From an uncultured Acidimicrobiaceae bacterium (GTDB lineage: Bacteria > Actinomycetota > Acidimicrobiia > Acidimicrobiales > Bog-793): 64,000 nucleotides of DNA. The stretch spans positions 33,067-97,066 of the forward strand of contig CAWKGD010000002.1 of the NCBI GenBank assembly GCA_963849105.1. The letters run 5' to 3'. The first letter of the stretch is position 1. Each line of letters opens with the position of its first letter. This document shows positions 1 through 10,163 of the stretch, in pieces. Position numbers and translations under genes: made by a program. A model generated the notes under the pieces. It was not told where the DNA came from. It made no database searches and was given only the letters and a program-made list of their open reading frames with translations.

Positions 1-2
1 GA

Positions 3-233
3 CTCGAGATCGAGACGGTGAACTGGTGCCGCGAGATGTTGCGTCTCTCGCCGACCGCGCTCAGATTGCTGAAGGCGGGGTTCAACGCGGCGGACGATGG
101 GCTCGCCGGCATCCAGCAACTCGCCGGTGACGCGACGATGCTCTTCTACATGACCGAAGAGGCCCAGGAGGGCCGCGACGCGTTTGTCGAGAAACGAGAC
201 CCGGACTTCAGTCGGTTTCCCCGGCGTCCGTGA
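3..233 (+). CDS. menB: 1,4-dihydroxy-2-naphthoyl-CoA synthase, C-terminal fragment (runs in from the left edge)
   Basis: Typical MenB C-terminus ([52 protein letters not shown]); next to menA. Confidence 0.93.
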   Translation, partial: LEIETVNWCREMLRLSPTALRLLKAGFNAADDGLAGIQQLAGDATMLFYMTEEAQEGRDAFVEKRDPDFSRFPRRP

Positions 234-1132
234 GCGCGCAACGCGCGCCGAACCGTTCCGTCCACGTGGCGAGCACCTCGGACTGGATCTCCGCAGCTCG
301 GCCGCGCACTCTCTCGGTGTCGTTGGCGGCGGTCGCGGTCGGCGTCGGGGTCGCCCGGGCGACCGGGCACCTCGACTGGTGGCACGCGCTCTTGGCGCTC
401 GTAGTCGCGCTCTCGATGCAGATCGGCACGAACTACGCGAACGACTATTCCGACGGCGTGCGCGGCACCGACGCCCGACGTGTCGGACCATTGCGTCTCG
501 TTGCCTCGGGCCGGGCGAGCCCCGACGCGGTGAAGCGCGCCGCAATCGTCACCTACGCGGTCGGCGCGTTGTGCGGCCTCGCCCTCGCGATCGTCACCTC
601 GCCGTGGCTCATCGCGCTCGGCGCGGCGTCGATCGGCGCCGGCTGGCTGTATACAGGCGGCCCGCGCCCTTACGGCTACTTGGGGCTCGGGGAGTTGTTC
701 GTCTTCTGTTTCTTCGGCCTGCTCGCGGTCGTCGGGACCACGTACGTCTCTTCGGGGACTATTCCCGGATTGGCCTGGATCGCCGCTTCGGCCGTCGGGT
801 TCATCGCCGTCGCGCTTTTGGTGGTGAACAACCTGCGGGATCGGATCACTGACGAGGCCGCGGGAAAGCGCACCCTCGCGGTCAAGATCGGCGATCGCGC
901 GACCCGACTCCTCTACGTGGCTCTCCTTGTCGGCGCGTTCGGCCTCGCGGGCGTTGCGACGGGATATCGAAACTTTGCCGCTCTCGCCCTCGTTGGGTTG
1001 CCGATCGCCCTCCGCCCGGCGTCAATCGTCCTCGACGGAGGAGAGGGCAAAGAACTGATTCCGGCGCTTGCGAAGACCGGGCTCGTGCAACTGGTTTTTG
1101 GAGTCGCGTTCGCGATCGGGATCGCGATTTGA
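230..1132 (+). CDS. menA: 1,4-dihydroxy-2-naphthoate polyprenyltransferase
   Basis: UbiA-family motifs [32 protein letters not shown]; multiple TM segments; GTGA overlap with menB. Confidence 0.95.
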   Translation: MSAQRAPNRSVHVASTSDWISAARPRTLSVSLAAVAVGVGVARATGHLDWWHALLALVVALSMQIGTNYANDYSDGVRGTDARRVGPLRLVASGRASPDAVKRAAIVTYAVGALCGLALAIVTSPWLIALGAASIGAGWLYTGGPRPYGYLGLGELFVFCFFGLLAVVGTTYVSSGTIPGLAWIAASAVGFIAVALLVVNNLRDRITDEAAGKRTLAVKIGDRATRLLYVALLVGAFGLAGVATGYRNFAALALVGLPIALRPASIVLDGGEGKELIPALAKTGLVQLVFGVAFAIGIAI

Positions 1133-1146
1133 TGCGCGATCGAGAT

Positions 1147-1950
1147 TCAGCCGCCGTGTTCACGCATCCAGTCCTCGAGCAAGGAAACGAAGGCACGCGG
1201 GTTTTCGAACGGGGCGGCGTGTCCCGACGATTCGATGACCGCCGTTGTCGCGTTCTCGCCGAGGACCGCCGCCAACTGGTCGCCGAGCGCGCGGTACTTC
1301 GCGTCTCGCTCACCAGCGACGAGGAGGACCGGCATCGAAACTTGGCTCAGCTGCTCGTCGGAGTAGCGCTGGGTTCCGGTCCCGAGGTGACGCAGCGCGT
1401 GGGCGAGTCCGGCCGCGGAGTTCTCCTCGCGCGCTTCTCGGTTCTGCGCCGCACTCGGCAGATCGGCGAACAGCGGCTGCGAGAGCCACTCGTCCAGGAA
1501 TTCGCTGATCGGAAGCGGTGTCGGCCCGACGCCCTGCAATCGGTCGGCGAGCGCCGCGTCGGCGCGCTGTCGATCGGCGCGTTCGCGTTCGTCCGGGATG
1601 CCGGGCGAGACACCGACGAGCACCATCGATCGCACCGAATAAGGGGCCTGGAAGGCCGCGTGCAAGAGGACCCGGCCGCCCATCGAATATCCGACGTACG
1701 TCGCCTCTCCGACCGCTTCGACGAGCATGCGCCCCGCTGCGTCGAGGTCTGCCGCGTCGATCGCCGTCGATCGGCCGTGACCGGGAAGGTCGACGGTCAC
1801 CACCTCGAAGCGCGTACTGAGGTCGTCGACGATCGTTCGCCACGACCTCCCGGTTTGGGTGAAACCGTGCACGAGGGCGATGCGGGTGCCCGATCCGAAC
1901 TGCTCCGTAGCGAGCGGGCGGGACGAATCGCCGAATCGTTGATCGGACAC
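1147..1950 (-). CDS. menH: alpha/beta hydrolase, probable SHCHC synthase
   Basis: HGFTQTG, DLPGHG, GYSMGGR nucleophile elbow, GERDAKY, GHAAPFENP; men cluster context; GTG start at 1950 chosen. Confidence 0.85.
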   Translation of the reverse strand: MSDQRFGDSSRPLATEQFGSGTRIALVHGFTQTGRSWRTIVDDLSTRFEVVTVDLPGHGRSTAIDAADLDAAGRMLVEAVGEATYVGYSMGGRVLLHAAFQAPYSVRSMVLVGVSPGIPDERERADRQRADAALADRLQGVGPTPLPISEFLDEWLSQPLFADLPSAAQNREAREENSAAGLAHALRHLGTGTQRYSDEQLSQVSMPVLLVAGERDAKYRALGDQLAAVLGENATTAVIESSGHAAPFENPRAFVSLLEDWMREHGG

Positions 1951-1955
1951 GATTC

Positions 1956-3752
1956 GTGACCCTACAAGCGACGTTCGCGGCGACGCTTGTCGACGAGTGG
2001 GTGCGCGCCGGGGTTCGCGACGCGGTCGTGTCGCCGGGGTCGCGTTCGAGCGTGCTCGCGACGGCACTCGTCGGCGACGGGCGGATCGCGACGCACGTCC
2101 GAGTCGACGAACGCTCGTCGGGGTTCTTCGCGATCGGCATCGCGCTCGTTTCGGCGCGTCCAGTCATCGTCGTGACGACGAGTGGCACGGCGGCGGCCGA
2201 GTTGCATGCCGCGGTGATCGAGGCCGATCTCGCCGGGGTGCCCATTGTCGTCTGTACAGCCGACCGCCCATTCGAGCTGCAGGACGTCGGCGCCCCCCAG
2301 ACCGTCGACCAACGGCACCTCTACGGGAGAGCCGTCCGCTTCTACGCCGATTTCGACGTGCCGAGCGAGGAAGCAAAGCCGAGCTGGCGGTCGCTCGCCG
2401 TCCGGCTCGTCCTCGAAGCAGAGCACTCGGTGAACGGGCCGGGTCCGGTCCACGCGAACCTTCCATTCCGCGAGCCGCTCGGCGGCGAGCCGGACGAGCT
2501 GCCGACGGGGCGTCCCGGCGGGCGCCCCTTCCACGAGGTCGTCGGCGCGTCGCCGCTCGCCGAGCGCGCCGTCGGCCACCTCGTCGAACTCGCCAATTCG
2601 ACGAAGCAGGGGGTCATCGTCGCCGGTCGCTGCGGGGCGGGCTGCGAGTCGACACTCGCCTTTTCGAGAGCGAGCGGCTGGCCGATCCTTGCCGACTCGC
2701 TCTCCTTCCCCCGCGAGACGAACGAGGGGCTCGTCGGCGCCTGGGAGACGATCGTGAAATCCCCGCTCGCGACGACCGCGCTGCGGCCTGACGTCGTCCT
2801 GCGCGTCGGTGCGCCGCCGGCGTCCCGGCCGCTCGCGACCTGGCTCGCGAAGGGCGCGGCGGCCGGCACGCAACACGTGCTCGTCGACCCGTACGGCAAG
2901 TTCGCCGATCCAGGGCGCACCTCGGCCACGGTGTTGCGGGCGCGACCCGACGAGCTGTTGTCGGAAGCGGAGCGCCGCCTCGGTGGCGCGGCCTTGACGA
3001 GGCCGCTGTTCGACGCGTGGATGGCCGCCGACCGATCCGCGCAGCTCGCGATCGACGAGATTCTCGGCAAGATTCCCGAGGCGAGCGAGCCCGCCATCGC
3101 TCGCGATCTCTTCGCGTTGCTGCCCCACCGCTCGGCGATCGTCGTCTCGTCGTCGATGCCGATCCGCGACGTCGACGGCTTTGCGCAGCCGCGCGCCGGT
3201 GCACCGATCGTCTACGCGAACCGGGGGGCAAACGGCATCGACGGCGTCGCGTCGACGGTGCGCGGTGTCGCCACCGCTCGTTTCGCGATGGTGCCGAACG
3301 TGCCGCCGACCGTCGGCCTGCTCGGAGATCTCGCCTTCCTGCACGACCTCTCTGCGCACGTGCGGGGCGTGGATGAAGAGCGCGTCGGGGTCACCTACGT
3401 TGTGATCGACAACAGGGGCGGGGGCATCTTCTCGTTCCTCCCGTACGCGCCCAAGCTTCGTCGTGACGTCTTCGAGCGCGCCTTCGCGACGCCGCAGGCG
3501 ACCGACATAGCCGCCGTGGCTAGCGCGTTCGGATTCGGCGTCTTCGACCTCGACGAGCGCGCGGCGTTCACGCCCGCCGTGCTGGCGGCGATCTCGTCGG
3601 GATCCGACCAGCTCGTGCTTGTCCATACCGATCGTGCTCGCAACGTCGAAATCCATGCAGAGCTCGACCGCGCCGTCGAGGCTTCTCTTGGGAGCCCGCT
3701 CGGCAGCCGCGGGGGAAAACCGAGAACTACGCCTCCTCGCCAGCCGCGCTGA
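1956..3752 (+). CDS. menD: SEPHCHC synthase (ThDP-dependent)
   Basis: SPGSRS, DERSSGFFAIG, TTSGTAAAE, TADRP, NRGANGIDG, GDLAFLHD, DNRGGGIF. Confidence 0.96.
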   Translation: MTLQATFAATLVDEWVRAGVRDAVVSPGSRSSVLATALVGDGRIATHVRVDERSSGFFAIGIALVSARPVIVVTTSGTAAAELHAAVIEADLAGVPIVVCTADRPFELQDVGAPQTVDQRHLYGRAVRFYADFDVPSEEAKPSWRSLAVRLVLEAEHSVNGPGPVHANLPFREPLGGEPDELPTGRPGGRPFHEVVGASPLAERAVGHLVELANSTKQGVIVAGRCGAGCESTLAFSRASGWPILADSLSFPRETNEGLVGAWETIVKSPLATTALRPDVVLRVGAPPASRPLATWLAKGAAAGTQHVLVDPYGKFADPGRTSATVLRARPDELLSEAERRLGGAALTRPLFDAWMAADRSAQLAIDEILGKIPEASEPAIARDLFALLPHRSAIVVSSSMPIRDVDGFAQPRAGAPIVYANRGANGIDGVASTVRGVATARFAMVPNVPPTVGLLGDLAFLHDLSAHVRGVDEERVGVTYVVIDNRGGGIFSFLPYAPKLRRDVFERAFATPQATDIAAVASAFGFGVFDLDERAAFTPAVLAAISSGSDQLVLVHTDRARNVEIHAELDRAVEASLGSPLGSRGGKPRTTPPRQPR

Positions 3753-4608
3753 GAACGGCGTGCGCGCGTCGCACCATCGGCTCGTCGATCATCGAACCGT
3801 CGATGCTGACCGCACCCTTACCCTTCTCCTCGGCGGCGCGATACGCGTCGACGACGCGCCGCGGATAGGCGATCTGTTCCGCGCTCGGCGTGAATGCTTC
3901 GTTCGCCAGTGGAACCTGGCGAGGGTGGATGCACATCTTTCCGGAGTACGAGAGCCCGCGGGCGAGCGCGGCTTCTTCCCGGAAGCGATCGTCGTCTGAG
4001 TAGTTGGCGACGATGCCGTCGAGGGACTCGATACCCGCGACGGAAGCAGCAAGCGCGACTTTCGAGCGCGCGTAGAGGACTTCGAGACCCTCACGGCTGC
4101 GCTCGCCACCGATGTCCGCGGCCAGGTCTTCGGCGCCGAAGTAGAGCGCGGCGACCCGCGGGTGCGACGCGATGGCGCGGGCGTCGAGCACACCGCGGCC
4201 CGTCTCGATACCGGCGACGACCAACAGGTGACCGAACCCGAGGGTCGAGAGCCGGTCATCTGCCTCGTCGAGCTGCGACGTCTGCTCCACCTTCGGGAGC
4301 ACGATCCCGGCGAGATCCGGAACGAGGGCGTCGGCGAGGTCGTCATTGAAGTGCACCGATGTCACCGGATTCACACGGACGAAGAGCGCGAACCAAGGCG
4401 CTTTGCCGGCAACCTCCGCCGACACCGAGCGCGCCTGTGCTCGAGCCTCGACCTTGGCCGATTCGGGAACGGCGTCTTCCAAGTCGATGATGCCGAGATC
4501 GCATCCGAGCTCGGGCAGTTTGGCGGCCCGATCGGGCGTCGTCGCCGGCGTGAAGAGCGCACTGCGCCATCGCCGGCAAATCGGTGCGTCCGTGCGCGCG
4601 TTGATCAT
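3727..4608 (-). CDS. HpcH/HpaI aldolase / CitE-like CoA-ester lyase
   Basis: RSALFTP, DLEDAVP, VRVN, LPKVE, IETGRG, FGAEDL, GKMCIHPRQ; start overlaps the MaoC stop. Confidence 0.88.
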   Translation of the reverse strand: MINARTDAPICRRWRSALFTPATTPDRAAKLPELGCDLGIIDLEDAVPESAKVEARAQARSVSAEVAGKAPWFALFVRVNPVTSVHFNDDLADALVPDLAGIVLPKVEQTSQLDEADDRLSTLGFGHLLVVAGIETGRGVLDARAIASHPRVAALYFGAEDLAADIGGERSREGLEVLYARSKVALAASVAGIESLDGIVANYSDDDRFREEAALARGLSYSGKMCIHPRQVPLANEAFTPSAEQIAYPRRVVDAYRAAEEKGKGAVSIDGSMIDEPMVRRAHAVLSAAGEEA

Positions 4609-5108
4609 CACGTCGCTGGTGCCCGCCGCCCGCGGCTCGGTGCGTGGCCGCGCTTGTAGATCATCGCCGTTCGCTTGAAGCTGATCACGACCTCGCCGCG
4701 TTGGTTGTGGCCAGTCGTGCGAACGGTGACGATGCCGGCTTCGGGGTGCGACGCCGAAACTCGTGCCTCCAAGACCTCCGAACGCGAGTAGATCGTGTCG
4801 CCTTCGAAGACCGGATGCGGGAGCTCCACCTCGTCCCACCCGAGGTTCGCCACCACGTTCTGGGAGATGTCCGGCACGCTCTGGCCGGTCACAAGCGCGA
4901 GCGTGAAACACGAGTTCACGAGGGGACGGCCGAACACGGTTTGCGCGGCGTAGTGCTTGTCGATGTGGATCGGTTGCGGATTCTGCGTGAGCAGTGAGAA
5001 CCACACGTTGTCGGTCTCTGTGACCGTCCGCCCGGCGGCGTGCTCGAAGACGTCACCCACCGCGAGGTCCTCGAAGAACGGACCGGTTGGCACCTCATGC
5101 AGCGCCAC
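4608..5108 (-). CDS. MaoC-family (hotdog) dehydratase
   Basis: FFEDLAVGD..H..GRTVTETDN..F..LT.NPQPIHID, PVFEGDT; GGAGG upstream of GTG 5108. Confidence 0.9.
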   Translation of the reverse strand: MALHEVPTGPFFEDLAVGDVFEHAAGRTVTETDNVWFSLLTQNPQPIHIDKHYAAQTVFGRPLVNSCFTLALVTGQSVPDISQNVVANLGWDEVELPHPVFEGDTIYSRSEVLEARVSASHPEAGIVTVRTTGHNQRGEVVISFKRTAMIYKRGHAPSRGRRAPAT

Positions 5109-5162
5109 GTCGCCTCCCTGGATCGGAACCGGGCCGATCGTAGAAGGAGGCTTGGAGTGTTC

Positions 5163-5183
5163 GCCTGTTGTGCCGCAACAGGC
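5163..5183. promoter_or_regulatory. 8-bp inverted repeat GCCTGTTG-N5-CAACAGGC, candidate operator
   Basis: Perfect palindrome in the divergent maoC/ptcA intergenic region, about 55 nt upstream of maoC. Confidence 0.4.
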
Positions 5184-5462
5184 CACTTCATCCGTCACGG
5201 AACGATGCGCCGTCGACCCCTTGCACCCCCAACGGACAGGACCGAATCGCGGCTCACCCCGGCCGATCCGGCTCGGAACGACGGTCAACCCTTCGCTTCG
5301 GCCCCTTACGACCGTTGTGCCGTCCGACTAGGACCAATGCCCCTGCACTACGCGAGGAGCGAGTCGCAATCTAAATCCGTGGTTGCGTCGTCGGATGAGG
5401 TCCTTCGGTTGCGAGCCACTGCCTCCACGAACCGTGCAGAGCGCGAGGAGGTCTTGGGCGAC

Positions 5463-6518
5463 GTGGCTCAGATACCGCCGGCCGAGCACTTCATCGACAC
5501 CCAACAACTGACTCCCGAACTGCTGGTGAGGCAGATGGAGCTGATCCGACTGCTGAAGCGGGCAGACGCCCACCGGGCGTGTCCGGCGCTTCTGAGCGGC
5601 GCCTCCTTGGGGATGATTTTCGAGGAGCCGTCGACGCGGACACGCGTGTCGTTCGAGGTCGCGATGACGAGGCTCGGCGGACACGCCCTCTACCTGAAGC
5701 CAGGCGAGATCCACCTCGGTCAGAAAGAGAACATCAAAGACACCGCCGAGGTCTTGTCGCGGATGGTCGACGTGATCGAGATCCGCGCCCTCAGGCACGA
5801 AACCGTCACCGCCTTCGCCGAGCACGCCACCGTCCCGGTGATCAACGGACTGACCGATTACAACCACCCGACTCAGGCACTCTGCGACGCCTTCACGATG
5901 AGCGAGCACAAGCTCGCGGAGAAGTCGTGGCGGGATCTCACCGTCGTCTTCGTCGGTGACGCCACCAATGTCTGTACGTCGACAGCGCTCATCGTGACGA
6001 TGCTCGGGGGCACCTTCGTCCACGCGCGTCCCGAGCGCTACAGCATCAAAGCGCAGTGGCCCGTCGTTCTAGACGAAGTCGCCCTGAATTCCGAGCGTTA
6101 CGGCGGGCGCTTCGTCGAGACCGAAGAGGTCGAAGACGCCGTACGCGACGCCGACTTCATCTACACCGACACCTGGTGGTGGATCGGCCAAGAAGACGAG
6201 ATCCCCGAGCGCGTGCAGGCATTCAAACCCAGGTACCAGGTGACCACCGAACTGCTCTCGCGCGCACCCGAACACGTCCGTTTCATGCATTGTCTGCCCG
6301 CCTCGCGCGGCGTTGAGGTGACTGACGACGTCATCGACGGACCGCACTCGATCGTCTATCCGCAGAGCGCCAACCGTCTCCACACGGAAAAGGGACTTCT
6401 CACTTGGTACGTCTACCCGCGCCTCGATCGGCCTTCCGCCGCGACCAAGGCGCTCCACAAAGAGCGGGTGCAGGCGTTCTTGGACGGCCTAGCCGGCCGC
6501 GCGCTTGACGACGGCTGA
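5463..6518 (+). CDS. ptcA: putrescine carbamoyltransferase
   Basis: Transcarbamylase motifs STRTR, HPTQ, HCLP; PTC-like GDATNVC and C-terminal extension; next to agmatine deiminase; GAGGAGG upstream. Confidence 0.85.
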   Translation: MAQIPPAEHFIDTQQLTPELLVRQMELIRLLKRADAHRACPALLSGASLGMIFEEPSTRTRVSFEVAMTRLGGHALYLKPGEIHLGQKENIKDTAEVLSRMVDVIEIRALRHETVTAFAEHATVPVINGLTDYNHPTQALCDAFTMSEHKLAEKSWRDLTVVFVGDATNVCTSTALIVTMLGGTFVHARPERYSIKAQWPVVLDEVALNSERYGGRFVETEEVEDAVRDADFIYTDTWWWIGQEDEIPERVQAFKPRYQVTTELLSRAPEHVRFMHCLPASRGVEVTDDVIDGPHSIVYPQSANRLHTEKGLLTWYVYPRLDRPSAATKALHKERVQAFLDGLAGRALDDG

Positions 6519-6537
6519 GCCAAAGGAAGCAGCGAAC

Positions 6538-6918
6538 ATGGCCGGTTCCCTGGTCGCGCAAGTTTCGTCGACGCCGGCGGCGCGGGGGACCCTTTGTCGC
6601 TTCGACATCATCCTGTTCAGCGTGACGGCGATCTTGTGCCTCTCCCAGGTGCCGATCAGCGCCGGCCTCGGGCAATCGGTCATCGTCTGGACGGCCGTCG
6701 TCATCTTCTTGTTCTTCGTCCCCTACGGCCTCATCACGGCAGAGTCCGATTCCACCTACCCGGACGCCGGTGGGATCTACTCCAGGGTGTCGGTCGACTG
6801 GTCGTTCATCGAGCAGATGGCGATCGGCTTGGGGGTCCTCATCCTGAGGCCGACGCGGAGGTCGAGCTGTCAGGTCTCGCACCCGACACGAGCTGTTGGA
6901 GCAGGAGCTTTCTTTTAG
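6538..6918 (+). pseudogene. APC-family amino acid/polyamine permease remnant (probable agmatine/putrescine antiporter with a large deletion)
   Basis: APC N-terminus (LFSVTAIL...FFVPYGLITAE...YPDAGGIY) but only about 126 aa against about 450 expected; lies between ptcA and aguA. Confidence 0.75.
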
Positions 6919-6927
6919 GAGCAAACG

Positions 6928-8028
6928 ATGACGCGACAACTCGAAAGCACCCCGATCCAGGACCACTTCTCGATGCCGGCCGAATGGGAGCCCCACGCCG
7001 GCACGTGGGTCGCGTGGCCGGAACGGCCCGACAACTGGCGACTCGGCGGCAAGCCTGCGCAGGCCGCCTTCACGACAGTCATCGATGCGATCGCCGACCA
7101 CGAGCTGGTGACAGTGCTCGTTTCCCGCGGACAATTCGTCAACGCCCGCAACCGCCTACCGGGCAACGTCCGCGTGATCGAGACCTCAACCGACGACGCC
7201 TGGATGCGCGACATCGGGGCGAGTTTCGTCGTCGGTCCGCATGGGGAGGTCCGCGGCGTCGATTGGACGTTCAACGCCTGGGGCGGCTTGGTCGACGGCC
7301 TGTACTTCCCTTGGGACGACGACGACCTCGTCGCCCGCAAGATGTGCGACATCGAACGTCTCGACTACTACCGCACGAACGGCTTCGTCCTCGAAGGTGG
7401 GTCGATCGATGTCGACGGGCAAGGGACGGTGCTGACCACCGAGGAGTGCCTCCTTTCGGCCGGGCGCAACCGGACGATGAGCCAGGATGAAATCGAGCGA
7501 ACGGTGCTCGACTACCTCGGCGCATCGAAGATGATCTGGCTACCCGAAGGCATCTACCTCGACGAGACCGACGGGCACGTGGACAACATCTGCCGCTTCG
7601 TGGCGCCGGGAAAGGTGATCTTGGCCTGGACCGACGACGAGTCGGACCCCCAGTTCAAGCGGTCGCTCGCCGCTCTCCAAGCCCTGGAGGAGACGACCGA
7701 TGCCCGCGGGCGGCACCTCGAGGTGGTGAAGGTCCACCAGCCGAATCCGATCCTCATCACCGAACAGGAGGCGCGCGGCGTCGACGTTGTTCCGGGCAGC
7801 CAGCCGCGTACCGCTGGTGAGCGCCTCGCCGGCTCCTACGTGAACTCCTACTTCGCGCACGGCATCATCGTGCTGCCCGTTTTCGACGACCCGCACGATC
7901 TGGCCGCTGTCGAGACGTACAAGCGACTGTTTCCCGAGCGCGTCATCGTCACGGTGCCCGGCAGGGAGATCCTGCTCGGCGGTGGTGACGTTCACTGCAT
8001 TACCCAGCAGCAGCCAGCAGGCCGTTGA
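6928..8028 (+). CDS. aguA: agmatine deiminase
   Basis: [56 protein letters not shown]; TAGGAG RBS. Confidence 0.96.
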   Translation: MTRQLESTPIQDHFSMPAEWEPHAGTWVAWPERPDNWRLGGKPAQAAFTTVIDAIADHELVTVLVSRGQFVNARNRLPGNVRVIETSTDDAWMRDIGASFVVGPHGEVRGVDWTFNAWGGLVDGLYFPWDDDDLVARKMCDIERLDYYRTNGFVLEGGSIDVDGQGTVLTTEECLLSAGRNRTMSQDEIERTVLDYLGASKMIWLPEGIYLDETDGHVDNICRFVAPGKVILAWTDDESDPQFKRSLAALQALEETTDARGRHLEVVKVHQPNPILITEQEARGVDVVPGSQPRTAGERLAGSYVNSYFAHGIIVLPVFDDPHDLAAVETYKRLFPERVIVTVPGREILLGGGDVHCITQQQPAGR

Positions 8029-8091
8029 GGCCCCCGGTATGCAGCAGGGAGCGCAGGAAGCTGACCGCTCGACCCGGGCGGTCGAAACGAG

Positions 8092-8823
8092 CTAATCCGC
8101 GAAGCGACGCGCGTCGCGCGCCGCGTAGCGCGCGACGTCGTTGTCGGTTTCGGACGCTTGCTCGATCGCGCCCACGATGTCGCTCAGCGAGTCCGCAGGG
8201 AACGCGCATGTCATCTCGTCGGGGGACATCCCGGTGCGCGCCCGGGACAAAGCGCAACCGACGCTCGCTGCCGGGACGCGGTGTTCCTTCGCGATCGCGA
8301 CGACGTGGCACTGGGGCTTGCCGCTGATCGACATCGACGGGATCGCATCGGAGATCACCATCAACTGTCGACCGTTCACCCGGATGAGCACGACGTCGGG
8401 CTGGACGTCTTCGGGAAAGTCGCTGAGCGGTCCGTAGGTGATGGCTTCCGATCGCATCGAAACGGCGGGCAGCGCTGCGACGTCGTCCTCGCCGACCCAG
8501 TGTGCGTCGAGGAGAGTCTTCACGTCCTCGTTCTTCGCTACGTCCGCCAAACTGGCGAGCCCGTGGGTCACGCGGCCCACCGAGCAGTTGCCGTGATCCT
8601 CGGGCACCGTCGTGAAGACGCGCTCGGCCGCCTTCACCCAGAAGACACAGCCGGCGGGGACCCGCCCGCGACGTCCGTCCGCAGCCGGTTCCGACATCGG
8701 TTCGTTGAACGGCGCCACCGAGGCCGGTTTCGCCGCAGAGAACGCGATCGCGATCGGCGGCGACTGCAGATGGAGCGCCGCGGCTAGACGGCGCGCGGTC
8801 TCGGACGAGCGGGAATTCGCCAT
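8092..8823 (-). CDS. DUF169-family protein
   Basis: L.L..PPIAIAF start; Cys motifs AGCVFW, HGNCSVG, PQC, SVGCALSR. Confidence 0.7.
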   Translation of the reverse strand: MANSRSSETARRLAAALHLQSPPIAIAFSAAKPASVAPFNEPMSEPAADGRRGRVPAGCVFWVKAAERVFTTVPEDHGNCSVGRVTHGLASLADVAKNEDVKTLLDAHWVGEDDVAALPAVSMRSEAITYGPLSDFPEDVQPDVVLIRVNGRQLMVISDAIPSMSISGKPQCHVVAIAKEHRVPAASVGCALSRARTGMSPDEMTCAFPADSLSDIVGAIEQASETDNDVARYAARDARRFAD

Positions 8824-8879
8824 GGTGATCGTTTTATCGCATCGAGGCCCCGAGCGAGACGTGTGGCAGGCTGATTTTT

Positions 8880-10163
8880 GTGGGGAGCGCCTCTGAAGAT
8901 CTCGCATTCCGCGGTCTCGTGCATCAGGTGAGCGACGCCGCGCTGCTCGGACGACTCGACCGCGCGCACGAGACGGTCTACGCCGGCTTCGATCCCTCCA
9001 CCGACAGCCTGCACATCGGCAACTTGCTCCTGTTGTGCACACTCCGGCGTCTGCAGAGCTTCGGCCACCGGCCGATCGCCGTCGCGGGGAGCGGAACGGG
9101 GCTGATCGGCGACCCGGGAGGAAAAGACGCCGAACGTCCCCTCATCTCCAAGGACGAGCTCGCCGCGAACATCGAAGGGATCCGGCCGCAACTCGAGCGG
9201 TTCTTGGACTTTTCCAAGTCGGCGGGTGAGTCGCGGGCGGTCGTCGTCGACAACGGCGCCTGGCTCGAGGAGCTCGGCGTGATCGACTTTCTCCGCGAGG
9301 TCGGCAAGCACTTCACCGTGAACCAGATCGTCGCGAAGGAGGCGGTGCGGACCCGCTTCGAGCGACCCGACCAAGGGATCTCCTACACCGAGTTCTCCTA
9401 CATGCTTTTGCAGGCTTATGACTTCCTCCACCTGTTCGACGAGTACGGTTGCCGCCTCCAGATCGGCGGCAGCGACCAGTGGGGGAACATCACCCTCGGC
9501 GTCGAGCTGATCCGCAAGGTCCGCGGCGAGACCGCGTACGCGCTGACGACGCCGCTTGTCACGAAGCCCGACGGGACGAAGTTCGGCAAGTCCGAAGCGG
9601 GCGCGTTCTACCTCGACAAGCGACGCACGAGCCCGTTCGCGCTCTACCAGTTCTTCTTTCGCACCGACGACGCCGTCGCGCCGACGTACCTCCGCTTTTT
9701 CAGCTTCCTCGACCACGACGCGATCTCGGCGCTCGACGAGGCGACCGAAAAGCACCCCGAGCGACGCGAGGCACAGCGCGTGCTCGCGCGCGAGGTGACG
9801 ACGCTCGTCCACGGAGAACAGGAGACCGCGCGCGTCGAGCGGGCGTCGGAGGCGCTCTACACCGAGGACGTCACCGGCCTCGATGAACAGACGCTGCTCG
9901 AGGTGTTCGCCGACGCGCCGTCCTCGACGCTCTCGCGGAGCGCGATCGACGGGGCAGGGCTTGACCCGGTCGAAGCCTTCGCCGCGTCGGGCCTCGTGGC
10001 ATCGAGATCGGGGGCGCGCTCCGCACTCGAACAGGGGGGCGCCTACGTGAACAACCGCCGACTCGAGCCGGGCGAGCGGATCACGCCCGATCGGCTGATC
10101 GGCGGTCGGTATCTCGTCCTGCGCCGGGGGCGTCGAGAGCTCCACCTGCTTCGCTTCGAGTGA
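8880..10163 (+). CDS. tyrS: tyrosine--tRNA ligase
   Basis: YAGFDPSTDSLHIGN, QIGGSDQWGNI, KFGKS; C-terminal S4 domain. Confidence 0.97.
   Translation: MGSASEDLAFRGLVHQVSDAALLGRLDRAHETVYAGFDPSTDSLHIGNLLLLCTLRRLQSFGHRPIAVAGSGTGLIGDPGGKDAERPLISKDELAANIEGIRPQLERFLDFSKSAGESRAVVVDNGAWLEELGVIDFLREVGKHFTVNQIVAKEAVRTRFERPDQGISYTEFSYMLLQAYDFLHLFDEYGCRLQIGGSDQWGNITLGVELIRKVRGETAYALTTPLVTKPDGTKFGKSEAGAFYLDKRRTSPFALYQFFFRTDDAVAPTYLRFFSFLDHDAISALDEATEKHPERREAQRVLAREVTTLVHGEQETARVERASEALYTEDVTGLDEQTLLEVFADAPSSTLSRSAIDGAGLDPVEAFAASGLVASRSGARSALEQGGAYVNNRRLEPGERITPDRLIGGRYLVLRRGRRELHLLRFE

Noticed and set aside
5290-5460. Possible guanidine or other riboswitch upstream of ptcA
   Set aside because: Some pairing potential, but I could not match ykkC, mini-ykkC or ykkC-III consensus features; needs an Rfam scan.
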